DNA of 64,000 nt from Zygnema circumcarinatum SAG 698-1b (lineage: Eukaryota; Plantae; Zygnematophyceae). Numbering within the stretch: the stretch's first letter is position 1; every line of letters starts with the position of its first letter. Of the stretch, positions 29,351 through 42,911 are shown piece by piece. The notes under the pieces were generated by a model. The model searched no databases. It was not told the DNA's origin and was given only the letters and a program-made list of their open reading frames with translations. The position numbers and the translations under genes were made by a program. The stretch spans positions 2,508,525 through 2,572,524 of the forward strand of contig CM074816.1 of the NCBI GenBank assembly GCA_037447605.1. The letters run 5' to 3'.

Positions 29351-32300
29351 TTACTGCCATCCGAGCACATAGTCCAGCACAGCTACAAGGCCTATAGATA
29401 AAGGGTAAAGGAGGATGGCGGGAATTGCATAGAAGAGAGGGAAGGTCGTTTTGATTCCTCCCACAGCTCCCACCAAAAAGGTGCACAAAAATATGATGGT
29501 AACTTCCGAGGAAAATTCCCATGTTAAATTACGGAAATAAACAATGGCCAGAAAGACGCCCAGGCACCTGCACATTCCCAAAAAGACAGTTAAAACTAAA
29601 AGGTTTTGTATGTATTCAGCATGTTAGGAGGGGGGGGGAACTTTAGCATGATATTATATTACGGAATTTGTCTATAGAAAGTAGTACCTTTGACTTCAGT
29701 TTAAACTACTAGGTTCGTGCGAAACCAATACTGGTTTCAAATTTCAAAAGTATGGAAAACTCTTTTCTGCGTCTGATCTGACCCCTCCTATTGCCGTTAT
29801 TGGGGAGATGTTTTTTTAGGTTCCTAGAACAGATAGGGTACAGTGAGGGTGTAATTTCAGGTCAAATTTTGTGCTTGAAAGACCTCTTTATAAGAAAAGA
29901 AAAAAATCTTAACCCTATCTTAATCTTCGCTAGGGTTGGGATAAGGGCGAGAGATTTTCGGCCCCGCTCACTCACATGGTGTTATTCATGGTGATGGCGC
30001 CGTACACCTGGCTATATGTGAGAGAAATCGTCCGTTTCCGTTTCTTCAGTGCAAACAGCAGCGAAGACACGAGCTCACTCGCATTCGAAGCTAAAGGAGT
30101 TACGACGAAAGCAACAAAGAACGCAGGAATACCCGAAACTCTGCAACATAGAACTACGGAATGTCAGAAATCAAAGAGATACAAGCTCAAGCTTATCTCC
30201 CTGCTTTTGTTTGATGCCAGCCTTTAGGGTTTTTAACATTTTGAGGCTTTCAAAAAGGATTAGGGTATTTAAAAAGTGAAGGTGGGAGGCAGTTCTAGGG
30301 ATAAGGGGAGTTGCGGTTTGCAAGTTGCAAAGAAAGTTCCATGAAAGAAACCGGGGCAAGGGGGGGGGGGGTGATGGGGAGGGTTGGGGGGAGTGAGAGA
30401 TTTGAATAAGAGAGAGAGGGAGAGAGAGAGAGAGGGCGAGGTGCAAAAGACCGCGAGGCAAGGGGGAGAGAGAGAGAGACAGATGAAAGGCTGCGAGGCA
30501 AGGGGGGGAAAGTGAGAGAAAGAGGAGGAGAGAGAGAGTGGGGGGGAGACAGAGAGAGAGAGAGGGAGACATGCAAGAGTTTAAAGCTTTGTACGCATAT
30601 GAATAGGCTTTTTCCATGAGTTTTGAAACGATACATTTGAATCATGCGTTCCCCGGGTTTTTCTGCAAAAACCATAAACCAGAAAACTCACGTGGAGAAA
30701 TTTGAGATGGCGTCCACCATGGGGTCCGCAAAGATTGCCACAAGGACCGCTCCGGCGAGCATGAGGAGGAAGGCCTGCACATGGGGAAGTCGCAGGTTCG
30801 AACCTTCTCAATTTCATGAATAGAACATTGTCATCATGAATAGCACATGGTTCTTTAACTTTCTCGTCTCTCTTCTTCAAAGGACGATCAAGTCCTCCAA
30901 AGATCATAGTGGAATGTTAAGAATAGACCAGCCTAGCCTTTATTAGTGGCAGCTGGAGACCTAGTATCCTCGGCTCAATACCAAATTCAGAATTACCCTC
31001 CTCCCCTCTCCCCCCTCCCCCTCTTCCCCCTCCCTCTCCCTCCCTCCCTCCCTTCCTCCCTCCCTCCCTCCCTCCCTCCCTCCCCCTCTCTCTCACCTGT
31101 CGGTAGATCTGTGCGGGAGTGAGAGGGGGCCTTTCCTCGTCCTCGTCCTCCTCCTCCTCCTGCATCTCCTGCACGAGCAGGAGGTCCATGTTCGCCTGCT
31201 TCGCATGGCCGGCAAACAAGTCCGTATGATGCCGCAACAATCTGCTAAGATTAAGCAATAATTAGACATAGAAAAAGGGAGAAAAAAAAAATAGAAAAAT
31301 GAAGGTTTGCGGTTTAGGTATTGAGTTCATAGTAAAGTACTTAAGGTTCGTGGGTTCTTTGAAAGTGAGAGGTTTTTAGGTGTTGAGTGTAGTGAGATTT
31401 TCTATACTTCGTTTGATTGTCAAAGCTTCGTATGTCCTGTCTCCCTGCCTCCTTCGTCTCTCACTACTCCTCTCCCTCTCTCTCTTACTGCCTCTCTCCC
31501 TTTCTTCTATCTCTCTCTCCCTCTCTCCCACTCGCACTCTCTCCCTCTTCTCCCCACTCTCTCTCTCGTACTCTCCTTGTAGCCCTTCTATCCCTCTTCT
31601 CCCTCTTTCCCTCTCTCTCTCTCTCCTCTCTCCCACTCTCTATTCTCTCCCTCTCTCACTCGCTCTCCCTCTCAAGTTATTAGGCTTGACCGGCTTACGA
31701 AGTTGTGCTCTCGAACTTTTTGTTTTTCGAGCTTTGAGTGACTCGGCTGATCCATCCGGCCATTCCCCGGGCGAATTCCTCCTGCAAAACAGATTTATAC
31801 CCCAATTCCCATTTCAACATGTAATTAACGGTAATTAGCAAGATAAAGATTGCCTTTTTTCAGTCAAAATACTCTTTCCTATCCTCTGAAAAGAAAAAAA
31901 ATTCCAAAAGATTGGTTCATCTCTCTAAAACCGTCAAGGAAATAGCCCTTCTTATAATCAAATTTACTCTTTTAAAAAAAAAAATCTTACTCTTCCAATT
32001 ACTCCATTTGCATCAGTGTCGAATTCCCGCAACCAATCCTGGAGTTCCTGGTATTCCGGCGGAGACCCCTGAAAGTTGAGCCCCAACAAAAAAAAAATAA
32101 AGAAAATTAAATTAAATGAAAATGTTAAAATTGAGAGTCTTAGGAAAGGCAGTTAACGGGAAAGTACAAACCAAACAATTTGGGACTCAGCCAAATTAGG
32201 GTTTGCAAGCTTGTTGGACTCTAGAGGGTTCATTTCTCAAAAATAATTCGATTTTTTGCACTTTTCTACTCTTCAAAAAACTCGCTGCCAAACACTGAAC

Positions 32301-35300
32301 CACAGAAACCCGAAACCCCCCCCACATCCCCAAAACCCACAAACCCCAAAACCTAAAACACCCAAAAAAACCCAAAAAGCCTTCAAACCGCAAAAAAACG
32401 CTTATTAGACAAATCCCAACCACCCCCCTCTTCCAAACCTGAAAAAAAAACAAAAAACTTCAGAAACTATTCTCTCGTCTTTCTTGCTTTCTTTCCTTCC
32501 TTCCTTCCTTCCTTCCTTTCCTTCCTTCTTCCTTTCCTTCTTTCCTTCTTTCCTTCCTTCCTTCCTTCCTTCCTTCCTTCCTTCCTTCCTTTGTTCCTTC
32601 CTTCCTTCCTTCCTTTCCTTCCTTCTTCCTTTCCTTCGTTCCTTCCTTCCTTCCTTCCTTTCCTTCCTTCTTCCTTTCCTTCTTTCCTTCTTTCCTTCCT
32701 TCCTTCTTCCTTCCTTCCTTCCTTCCTTCCTTCCTTCCTTCCTTCCTTCCTTCCTTCCTTCCTTTCCTTCTTTCCTCCTTGTTTCTTTCCTTTTTTCCCT
32801 CCCCCCCAGCCCTACAAACCCTAAAAACCCTAAAACCCTAAAACCCTAAACCCCTCATTCCCCCCCCCCCACCTCTCTCTGCATGGTCATCCCGTAGATG
32901 AGCGCCTTCAGTTCATGCTCCTGCAAGGTGCCGTCGTTGTTGTCGTCGAACTCGTCGAAGATTCGACCAATCGTGGCGCCGTTCGGCGTGACGCCGTCCT
33001 CCAATAGGAGGCCGCCCCAGGCCTTCTCCGCGGCCAGGTTGTGCATGTCCCGTACGGCGACCGTACGGATCAGGTGCATGCGCGCGTTGTCGATGCGCTT
33101 CGCTTGGAGCCACGGGGAGAGCACCTGCGCCGGATCACACCCGCCCCAGATAACGCCAAAACGGTACGGTCAGAAAGGGAAAGGGTATAAGGGTGAAGGA
33201 GAAAGGGGAAAGGGAAGGGTGAGGGTGAGGGCCGTTCCATGTGAGGGTTTCCGTTCCGTTGGGTCCTGTTGTGATGTGCTACTTTTGAGTTGGGTTGTGT
33301 TGTTATGGGTTTGGTTCGATCTGACAGTCCGCAGTTCTGTTGTGGGTTACAGAAGTTGTACAGCAAAAGGTTTGAGCTTTTTTGGAAACATGTTCTCCTC
33401 CCGCCCCATTCTTTCCCTTTCTCTCGCTCTCTCTCTTCTCCTCTCCTCCTCTCTCTTTCTCGCTCTCCCTCCCCATCTCTATCTCTCTGTATTCCTCCCT
33501 TCCTCCGGCCTCCCTCCCTCTCTCCCTACTCCCTCTCCTCCTCCCTCCGGCCCCCAATCCCACCTTCCCCAACTCTCCCTCCTCCCTCCCTCTCTTTTGC
33601 CTGTGGTGTCTCCCCTTCCCTTCATCCCAATTTTACTTCCAAGAATGATCGTCCTCAACCATCCTCCAAAACAGTAGTCAACATGTCCTTATAACAAGGC
33701 ATCAAGCTTACAAAACTTGAAACCTAAATAAAGCAACTCATTGTACCAACCATGAATGACAATTCGAAAGAAAACGAGACATAGATCCTGATCCAAGAAC
33801 AAGATCAACGGTTGAGATCAACGGTCATCGGCCTTCACCTGATAAGCGCAGTAGGCGACAAGCCCCACGAGGGAGACTACCATTCCAATGAGAGCTGCAA
33901 GATGGCCGTCCGTACTCTCCCTCCCGTCAATCAACGGAAGTTGAACTACAAGATAAGGGAGCACGGAAAGGATCATAATTCGAGCTCCCCATCGGGTCTG
34001 GTCATCGCTAGTTACACCTGCAAAAAGCAAAACAAAAGGAATATACACATATAAATATAACATTAATATACGAAATGAAAGAACGTAAAGCAAAATTTGC
34101 TAGAGAAGAGACGGATATCCTTCTCGCCCCGCTTCTTTCTCTACAGAAATTCAACCCCCCATCTTCATCTTCACGACCCTCCCTCTCCATCGAATCCCTC
34201 CCCCCTCCCTTCGCCATACTCCTATCTCCACTCCCATCTCTGCTCCCTCTCTGTCTCCCCATCCCTCTACTCCATCCTTCCCCTCACAACTCCCCCCCGT
34301 CCTCGTCCCCTTCCTTCCTACCCTCCTCCCTGTCCCTCATAGAACTACCATGCGTGCGTTTTATTTCTCTCGTCGTATTTGCTGTGAGAAACGACCTAAA
34401 CCGTATCATTCCCCTCCCAGCCTTTCCCCTTCATACCTCCACTCCCGCTCCCTCTCCTACTCCCTCTTTATCTCCCGCTCCCCTGCCTCTCCCATCACTC
34501 CTCGCCCCTCTGCTCTCTCCCCCCTCCCGTCTCCCGCCTCCCAACTCCCGTCTCCCGTCTCCCCGTTTCCCCGGCCCTCCGTCTCCCGGTCCCTCTCCGT
34601 CTCTCCCCTCTCCCCCTCTCTCCCCTCTCCCCGTCTCTCCCCTCTCCCCGTCTCTCCCCTCTCCCAGTCTCTCCCCTCTCCCCGCCTCTCCTCTCTCCCC
34701 TCTCTCCACTCCCCCCTCTCCCCGTCTCTCCACTCTCCCAGTCCCTCCCTTCTCCCCGCCTCTCCTCTCTCCCCTCCACTCTCCACTCCCCCCTCTCCCC
34801 GTCTCTCCCCTCTCCCAGTCCCTCCCCTCTCCCCGCCTCTCCTCTCTCCCCTCTCTCCCCTCTCCCCCTCCCCCCCTCCCCCCCACGCACCTGACCCCCA
34901 TAGGCTGAAGGCGGAGGTGAGCGTGCGGTCCTTGGCGGTCCCCCCCGGTCCCTGCAGGTCGCAGCGGCCGCATATGAGCGCGCCCCCCCACGCGGCCGTC
35001 AGCAGCATCACGGTGGACCCCGCCAACACGCCCATGCCCACCACCACCTGCTCCTGCGCCTCCTCGGCGGTGCCGCCCACGCCGGACACCTGCGGGGGGA
35101 GGGNNNNNNNNNNGGGGAGGGGAGGGGAGGGGAGGGAGGGGAGGGGAAGGGAGGAGGGTCAAAAGGGAGCAAGGAGAAGTGCAAAGGAAAGGCAGAGAGA
35201 GGGAGCAGAGAACAAAGGGATGATTGAGCGAGGGAAGAGTGTCCTTGCAGCACTGAGCATTGCGCTTTGAGTAAAGAACATTTACTGCATTTAAGGGCAT

Positions 35301-37312
35301 TGAAGAACGCTTACTGCAATGAGGAGAGTGTCGGGAAATGCGCCCAAAACAGGGAGCAGCAGACCACCAATAATGCCCGGGTTCAAAACCTGATAGTCAT
35401 ATACAAAGCGTGAGTTAGTTCAGTAAATAAAAGGGTAAAAGAAATAGAGGAGACAACAGTTTAGAAAGTCCCTCCGACTCTCTCCTTCTCCCTCTCGTTC
35501 CCCTCTCTCTCTCTCCACTCTCTCTCTTCCTGTCAGATTCCAATAAACATTTCGTCATTCAATGCAGTTATTTTGTCTCTGCTCTCCCCCTTCCGACCCT
35601 CCGACCCCTCCTCCTTCCTTCTTCTCCCTCTCCCCACAGGAAAAATGCAATATCCCATTTGCCATTGTAAGGACATATTCAACCTCGCTCTCCCTCGCTC
35701 AGCGTACTCCGAAAACAAAGGAACAAAGCAGGAGAAAGGAAAAAAATGAAAATGAAAATTATGAAAAGCCAGCAAAATACAAAGCCGATTTGATTTTTAT
35801 GAGTTACTTGATTTCATAAACTATTTGATTTGATAAATTATGTGTTCTCACCTGCAGGAGCATTTCGCTGCCCTCTGAAATGAGCTTCGCCGCTGTGAGG
35901 AGGAGGTAGCCATAGGCCGCCATAAGGAACAGGTTTCCCCCCAGACTCGTGGAGCAGGGGAGCAGTCCATAGGGCTCCCTGAAAGCAATCAAAGAGAGGA
36001 AAGAAAGAAAGAAAGAAAGAAAAGTGAAAAGAAATAAAAGCAAACAAAGAAAGGACTAAAAGAGACACTCAGAGGACAGCCTCTACATTTCCCCAAAAAC
36101 TCGAAATCTCGCAAATCTGAATCCTTCAAACCCCGGAAAGAGATTGGTTTCTGATTCAAAAATAGTGTAAAGTTTCATCCACTGTGCCCACAATTCCGAA
36201 GCTCATGCAAGCCATGGACGACTGGTCAAGCCCTCTCAAGACAAGTCAAGTCAAGTCAAGTCAAGTCAAAGTCAAGTCAAAGTCAAGTCAAGTCAAAGTC
36301 AAGTCAAAGGAGCTCACTCGCAGACAGCCTCTGTCGTTTCCTGCAGAGCGCGCCCATTGGAGGTCCCTTCAGGCCCCGAAGCGCCGGTCAGAAGCTCCAC
36401 CGAGGGCGAGGACCGGCCGGGCAGAACCTCTGCATGGAACCCGCCACGCTACCAGTTTAGCGTTAACTGTTAGCTGTAAGCGCGATTCAGTTACAATTGG
36501 CGGCTCACTTTTGCAGTTCAATCGTTCATTCTGCAGCTGCTGCACTGCCAGCGCAGAAAATGACAAAATGGGGGTCGCTTGCGGGGCATGGAGAGCTTCC
36601 AGTTCCAGTTCTCAGTTGCAGGTTCGGTTAGGGTTAGCGATTAACAAGGTTTAGTTTAGTTCGCAGTTTCCGTTTGGCGTCACAGAAAACAGGAGAGTCC
36701 ATGAATACCGTGGGGCAGTTTACTGTTACTGACGACGGTAGCATAGCGAGCGGCCCTAAGAGCTGGCTCGGAAAGGAGTGGAGAGGAGGGAGAGAGAGAG
36801 AGAGAGCGGGAGAGAGAGAGAGACGATGAACGAAATATTCTTCCAGACAAAAAAGACATGAAGAAAAATCAGCAAAAAAACCACAAGAAAGAACCTGCAT
36901 TTGACTAGATATCCAAAATAAAAGGACCCAGAAAAGAGAAAAAGGGAGGGATAATAAAGCAAAAATCAGATTTTTTTTTTCAGAAAAACGCAGCAAAAAT
37001 CGAAACCTCAGTATCCAAAAAGAAAAATTGAATAAAAAAAATCCATTCTCTCCCCCAGCGATCGTCTCTCAGTTTCTTTAAACTTTTCCTACAAACCCTA
37101 AATCCCTAAAACTATTAAAAAGACAAAATACCTGACGTCAGCAGGAGCCCTGCGCAGACGACAACAGCCAATCCGACGACGCCGAGCCACAGAGAGCGCC
37201 GCGTGGCCCGTACGGACGGCGCCTTCCGGGAAGCTTCCGCGGCCAGAACAATGGCGCCTCCTCCTCCTCCCGCCTGCTCCAGGAGGGCTTCGACATCGCC
37301 GCCGTCCGCCAT
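29351..37312 (-). CDS. NCL: EF-hand sodium/calcium exchanger-like protein (NCL / EFCAX family)
   Basis: At least 13 exons. CEEPYGLLPCSTSLGGNLFL...SEGSEMLLQ|VLNPGIIGGLLLPVLGAFPD. VGMGVLAGSTVMLLT. EF-hands FDDNNDGTLQEHE and FDTDANGVIGREE. FADPMVDAISNFS...FVVTPLASNASE...YGAITMNNTMCLGVFLAIVY...LDYVLGWQ*. Confidence 0.93.
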
Positions 37313-37978
37313 GGATTTTAGGGTTGCGATCTAGGGCCAAAATTTCAGCAAAAATTGCAAATGAATTCGCAGATTGAGCGTATTGCTATGGGAGAGGAAA
37401 TTACAATCTAGAAATGTGAAATATGAGGAGAAATCGACTTAAAAAATGGTCAAAATGGGCGCTCGGTCGACTTCAGGGCGTGCTCCCCGCGACGAGCCCA
37501 GGGCTTGCAAGAAAACGGAGCGGCAGGGAAAGGGAAAAAAAGGCGTTCAAAATTGGAACTCTATGTGCACTGTCCCGTTATTTGAACGATTCTATGACAG
37601 TAAAACCGCCGTTTGACGACATGAAATCACGGAGCTAGTCACTTACATGTGACACGTGTGACGGACGCATCGGTTTGGTCGAGAATCCGTCCCTGATTTG
37701 TCCGGTCCTGTGGGAGGTCGACCTGTGATGGCTCAATATTTACCGTTGGATAGTCAAAGTGATCTAAATCGACGGCTAAAAAGCGCCGTATCGGTCGTAC
37801 AGATAACACCCACCTCATCCTTAGTCCTTAGTTACCTGTCAGAATTTGCCTCGGACCTTGGTCCAATAAGGGACTGCCACGTCGGACGCATAATTTGTCC
37901 GCTAGTGCATCCCCGTATCTGGTGCCGTACAATTCCGTGTCCACTAGTTTTTTACATTTTGTACTGTACTGTACAATA

Positions 37979-38935
37979 CAGGGGACCCCCATGTTATTTT
38001 CGCCATGGTTTCGGCAAATACCGGGCGAAAATATTGTATTTTGCAAATATAAGGTCCGTGTTACCAATGGGCGAGCGGAATTATGTTAGAGTCCATGTAT
38101 GTCCGTACGTATCGTATCGTACCGTGATTGTAGATACACGAGCTCCTATTGGTGCCGTATGCATACCGTACGATTTAGAGATTCTATTCGTACTTATCGT
38201 ACAGCGTAATAGCGTGACCCATGTTCGAAAGTCGTTTCGATTAACAGATTTTGTACAGTAGACAGTCATATTTTCGCCATGGGTTTTGGCCAATATGAGG
38301 CGAAAATATTGATTTTGCAAATATAAGGTTCGTGTTACCAATAGACGGGCGGTATTATGTTAGAGTCATGTTGGACCGTACTTATCGTATCGTGTCATAT
38401 CGTATTGTATCGTTCAGCATCGTATCGTATCTTGACATATCGTAACGTATAGACGTAGTTTTCCGCTGTGTTGTTCGTCTCAGCTCGTACGGCTAGTACG
38501 GATGGTACCGTATCGTGGCGCTTCGTATCGTATCGTTTCGTATCGTATCGAATCTAAGAAGAAGGGCAGAAGAGCGAGCGCCTCTTACGGCGGCACGAGC
38601 GGGGAGATTAGGTGACTTTTGCGTAAGCCCGTAACGGCTAGTACAGCTAGTACGGCTAGTAAGGTTAGTACGGACAGTACGAATAGTACGGCTAACACAA
38701 AGTTACCATACAAAAAGGTGGTTTCGGCAAAATCGGGGCGAATTTCTTGGGGACGCACTCCTCAGGGCGGTAAATACGAGGACTGTTGACTGTATTGGAA
38801 AATAGGTCAGGTTAGGTTAACACCCCTAATACGTTAACACAGAGTTACCGTACAAAAAGGTTGTTTCGACAAAATCGGGGCGAATTTCTTGGGGACGCAC
38901 TGTACAAAGGTGGAAAATATGAAGAGGTCCCCCTG
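37979..38935. mobile_element. Non-autonomous TIR DNA element (MITE; TA target, Tc1/mariner/pogo-like), outer copy
   Basis: ta|CAGGGGACCCCCATGTTATTTTCGCC ... GGTGGAAAATATGAAGAGGTCCCCCTG|ta: imperfect TIRs of about 30 bp with TA flanks and no coding capacity. Confidence 0.75.
38256..38792. mobile_element. Related MITE nested inside the outer element
   Basis: ta|CAGTAGACAGTCATATTTTCGCC ... GGCGGTAAATACGAGGACTGTTGACTG|ta. Its subterminal blocks are homologous to those of the outer element. Confidence 0.72.
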
Positions 38936-39227
38936 TACAGTACAGTATGAGTACAGTACGGTCGTTGAGTGCCGGCATATCAGGTGGCGCGTTTACAGCC
39001 GTTAGATTATTTCCCCTGCCTTGGAGATCGCCCGTGTGATACTCCTCCACATGTGTGGTACGGCATGTACGGGGTCCACTCCCTTCCTTCCACGTTGCTC
39101 ATTCTTGCGCCATTCACAACCCTTACCTTAAGAAGGAGCCTAGAACCCAAAAATTTTAAACCCTAAAAATCTGGAACCCTAAAAACTGAAGCTTTAAAAG
39201 GTACTAGAATCAGCAAACACTCATACA

Positions 39228-39284
39228 ATGGCTTCCACCTGTGCCCATGCCATGGCCATACATGCCCATGCCCATGCCCATTCC

Positions 39285-39319
<35 letters not shown>

Positions 39320-41624
39320 AAGTCTGCATGGCAATACCATGCTCGGGCAAGGTTTAGGGTTTAGGGTTGAGGGCCGGAGGAGAGGTGGGCGGGCGGGAGC
39401 CGTCCGATGCGGCATCGCGGAGCCGGGCGGGCTGCCGGCGCCCATGGGGGAAACGACAAAGTACCAGGACTCGTGGTTTGACCGCGCGTTCATGGAACTG
39501 TTCGCGCGCAAAATGGAGCAATTCACGGGTGCGATTTTTTTATTTTTATTATGATTATTATTTTTTTAAAAATAAGATAATGCCGTTTTCTTATTGTTTC
39601 AGTTAAGGGGTTTTAGGATTTTAGGGTTACGTAATGTTTATTTACTTATTAAATTTTTTATTTATTCAGGCAAGCGAAGCTTCTTGCCGGGATATGAAGG
39701 GTTCGTGGACACATCACGAAAAGTGATGCAGGGCAGGTCCGCCGCGGAGCAGAGGGCAGCGGTCGGAAAAGTTTTAATTTCAATGCTGCCCCCAAACGCG
39801 CCTGCAACTGTAAGCTACCGCCGAAAACTAAATTTTCCAGCGCTGCCCTAGACTGACCTATCCTCCACCCTTTGCAGCTTTCCTATGCATGATTTTCTTA
39901 TTTTTCTATTATTATGCAGTTCCGGAGGCTGTTTCCTCCCACAAAGTTTTCGGCGGAGATCAATGCTGCGATCACAGTTCCGTTTTTTCAGTGGCTCGTT
40001 GGGCCCGCCGAGGTAAGGATTTTTAAAACTAAATTTCTACCCCCTAAAGGAGCTAAATGCTAAAAGTAACTCTTTTTTAAAGACCTCTAATGCAAACCAT
40101 AAGTTTCTTCTTTAGTTCATTACTTCCCAAATGTTAAAACTAAGAATTTCGAACCCTAAACAACCTTTATTTGAATGAGGTTTTGCAGCTGAAGGAGGTG
40201 GAAGTCAATGGGGTGAAGCAGTTCAGCGGAGTTCAAATAAAAAAGTGCAGGTAATCAAAGCTTCATATATGCCCACGTTTCATTAATGCATACAATCTAA
40301 CCTTTGAAGAGAGCGTGAGGGGGAGGGAGCGAGTGAGAGGTATGAGACAGGGCTGCAGGGTCAAGAGAGGGAGAGGATGTGTAGAGAGAGAGAGGGTCAA
40401 GTTGAAGTGTTTGAGAGGTTCAACCTATCAATGTAAGTGAGAGAGATCTCTGTCTTTCCCTATGTATGTTCCTATACTCTGAATTTTGCTGTTTTTTGCT
40501 TTGGTAGTTGGCCTTACCTTACAATGGGGAGTGGCAGGTATTTGGAGACAAGTGGGTGCGTGGGGATGTGTGTGAACATGTGCAAACTGCCAACGCAGGA
40601 CTTCTTCACCAACGAGTTCGGCCTGCCGCTCACCATGACTCCCAGTCAGCTCTCTCTCTCTCTCTCTCACTCTCTCTCTCTCTCACTGTCTCTCTCTCTC
40701 TCTCACTCTCTCTCTCTCACTGTCCCTCTCTCTCTCTCTCTCACTCTCTCTCTCTCTCGCTCTCTTTATTTCTGTTTTCCCTCTCTATTTCTCCTCTCGC
40801 GTTCTCTGTGCCCACCTTTCCCCTGCCTCTCCTGCCCTTCCTCTCCTCCCTGTCTCTCACTCCCCTCTCCTCCTTTCTCCCTGACTCTCCTTTCTCTGCC
40901 CCTCTCACTCTCCCCTTCTCCCCCCCCTCTCTTTCCCCTCCCCCCTCCCGTCTTTCTCCCCTACCCTCACTCCTTCCCCCCTCACTCTCCCTCTTTCTTT
41001 CTCGCTCTCTCCCCACCTTTCCCCCCTCCCCTCATGCCCTTTTTCTTTCTGTCTCTCACTCTCTCTCCCCCTCTCCCTGACTCCCCCTTCCCTCTCTCTG
41101 TCACCTTCCTACCCGTCTCCTGTTCCCGTCCTCTCTCCCTCCCCCTCTCTCTGCCCCCTCCCTTTCACCCTCTCCCTCTCTCTCACACACATCAGCACAC
41201 ATCCGCACAGATTGAGCAGAGATAGATACAAATAACTTCCAGGGAAACTTCTCTGATTGAACAATGACTTTGCTCTGACAAAACTCCTTCGGGCTACGGC
41301 GTTCTATGTGGGGGAAAAACTGAACAGATTTTGAGGACATGAGCTGCGAAATGATTTTTGGGCAGTCCCCTCCTCCACTTGAAGAGGATCCGGCTCTTCA
41401 ACAACCGTGCTATGCGGTTCTATGTAGGTCCTCAGTTCCAAAATCCGTAGATTTTATTTGCCTTTGCGTAGAACCTGTTCATGATGAAGAATGGGACGTG
41501 TTGCTATGCAGTTGTAAAGCTCCGTTTTCAGTTCCAGTTTCCGTTAATTTTCGCAGGTAACACAGCCCTCGCCGAGCCGGTTCGATGTCCAAAGTTGGTC
41601 CCAGTGAACGGTGGGACGTCCTGA
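39228..41624 (+). CDS. Beta-carotene isomerase D27 family protein (D27-like1 clade), plastid-targeted
   Basis: 7 exons: [67 protein letters not shown]...[13 protein letters not shown]|[48 protein letters not shown]. Confidence 0.92.
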
Positions 41625-42691
41625 ATGGGCTCGACTGACTCCATGCTGCAAAATTACTGTTTTAGTTTCAGTACAAGATTTGTAGGGTTTTTATGGTTTC
41701 TAGGGTTTTTAGGGTCTTCTATTTTTTTAGAGCGTGTGAGGTGGATATATTATATTAAGTCATACCCAACGATGATGCCCCATTCATGGCTGTACATAGT
41801 AAAGGTCCTCTCCTCCCTATAAGCAGAAAACCCGGTTTGCAGTTTGTCAGACCCAGGTTTGCTTTTCACTTCGAAGCCAAGAAGCAATTCTTGATCGCAG
41901 AAATCGATGCATCTTTTGCTCATAATAATGGTTTCGCTTTTGCGATTTTTTCATAAAAAAATCGAGAAGTGTTCTCATGGTTGGTCACGAAGCCAATAGT
42001 TAATTGACAATAGTTGGTTAGTTAGATCATTTGCTGGCAATGAGGGGACGAGACACCAATGATTGGTTTCACTTTCCAACGGTTGATTTTGGGACAGTGA
42101 TGTCATCCGGTAATAGTGTACATCAGCAAGTTTGCACATCCCCAAAAACCGTACCGGACTGAGTTTTCGGTTTCGAGCTCGAAAGGCATATTAACTCACG
42201 TAAATATTAACCCATCAGGTCGTGCCACGTCCGTTTTATGACACGTGGCAATACCAGTTGGTATCACGTAGAATGGTAGAATGGAACCAAGTGACCTCGT
42301 GTCACCGCCGTAGGATGTCACGTGTCACATTATTACTGGTCCATGTCATATATGACGTAAGAATTCTGCGCAGAATCTAGAATGAATCGCTGCCAAGTGA
42401 CATATTCTACCAGATTCTGTCCGAGATTCCTGGCCAATCAGTAACGCAGAAATGCCACGTGGAAGCCCAACCCAAAAAACTTTCGCCAAATTGAACCAAT
42501 CACCAAGTGCCACGTGTATTTTTTGATGACGTGTTTGGCCGCGATTGGTTCAAAGTGAGCAAATAGTGTACCTTAACCCGAAAATTTTGCATCTGTTGCA
42601 TGGACGGAAACGCGTTCACATCGAAACCCTAATTTTCCATAACCCTAATTTTCGCACGAGCTCCCTCACTCCCTTCCCCTCCCAATCGTGT

Positions 42692-42726
<35 letters not shown>

Positions 42727-42911
42727 CCCACTTCCTTCTTCCCCCACGCCCGTCCTTCACTGACGCTCTCTAACTCAGCATGTGAATACGTACAAGGCAG
42801 TGGGGGGTCCTCTCCCTCCCTCCCTCCCTCCCTCCCTCCCCCCCTCCCTCCCTCCCTCCCTCCCTCCCTCGTCCTTTCCTCGTAAATTATCTCTTCCCTC
42901 TCACTCTCTCC

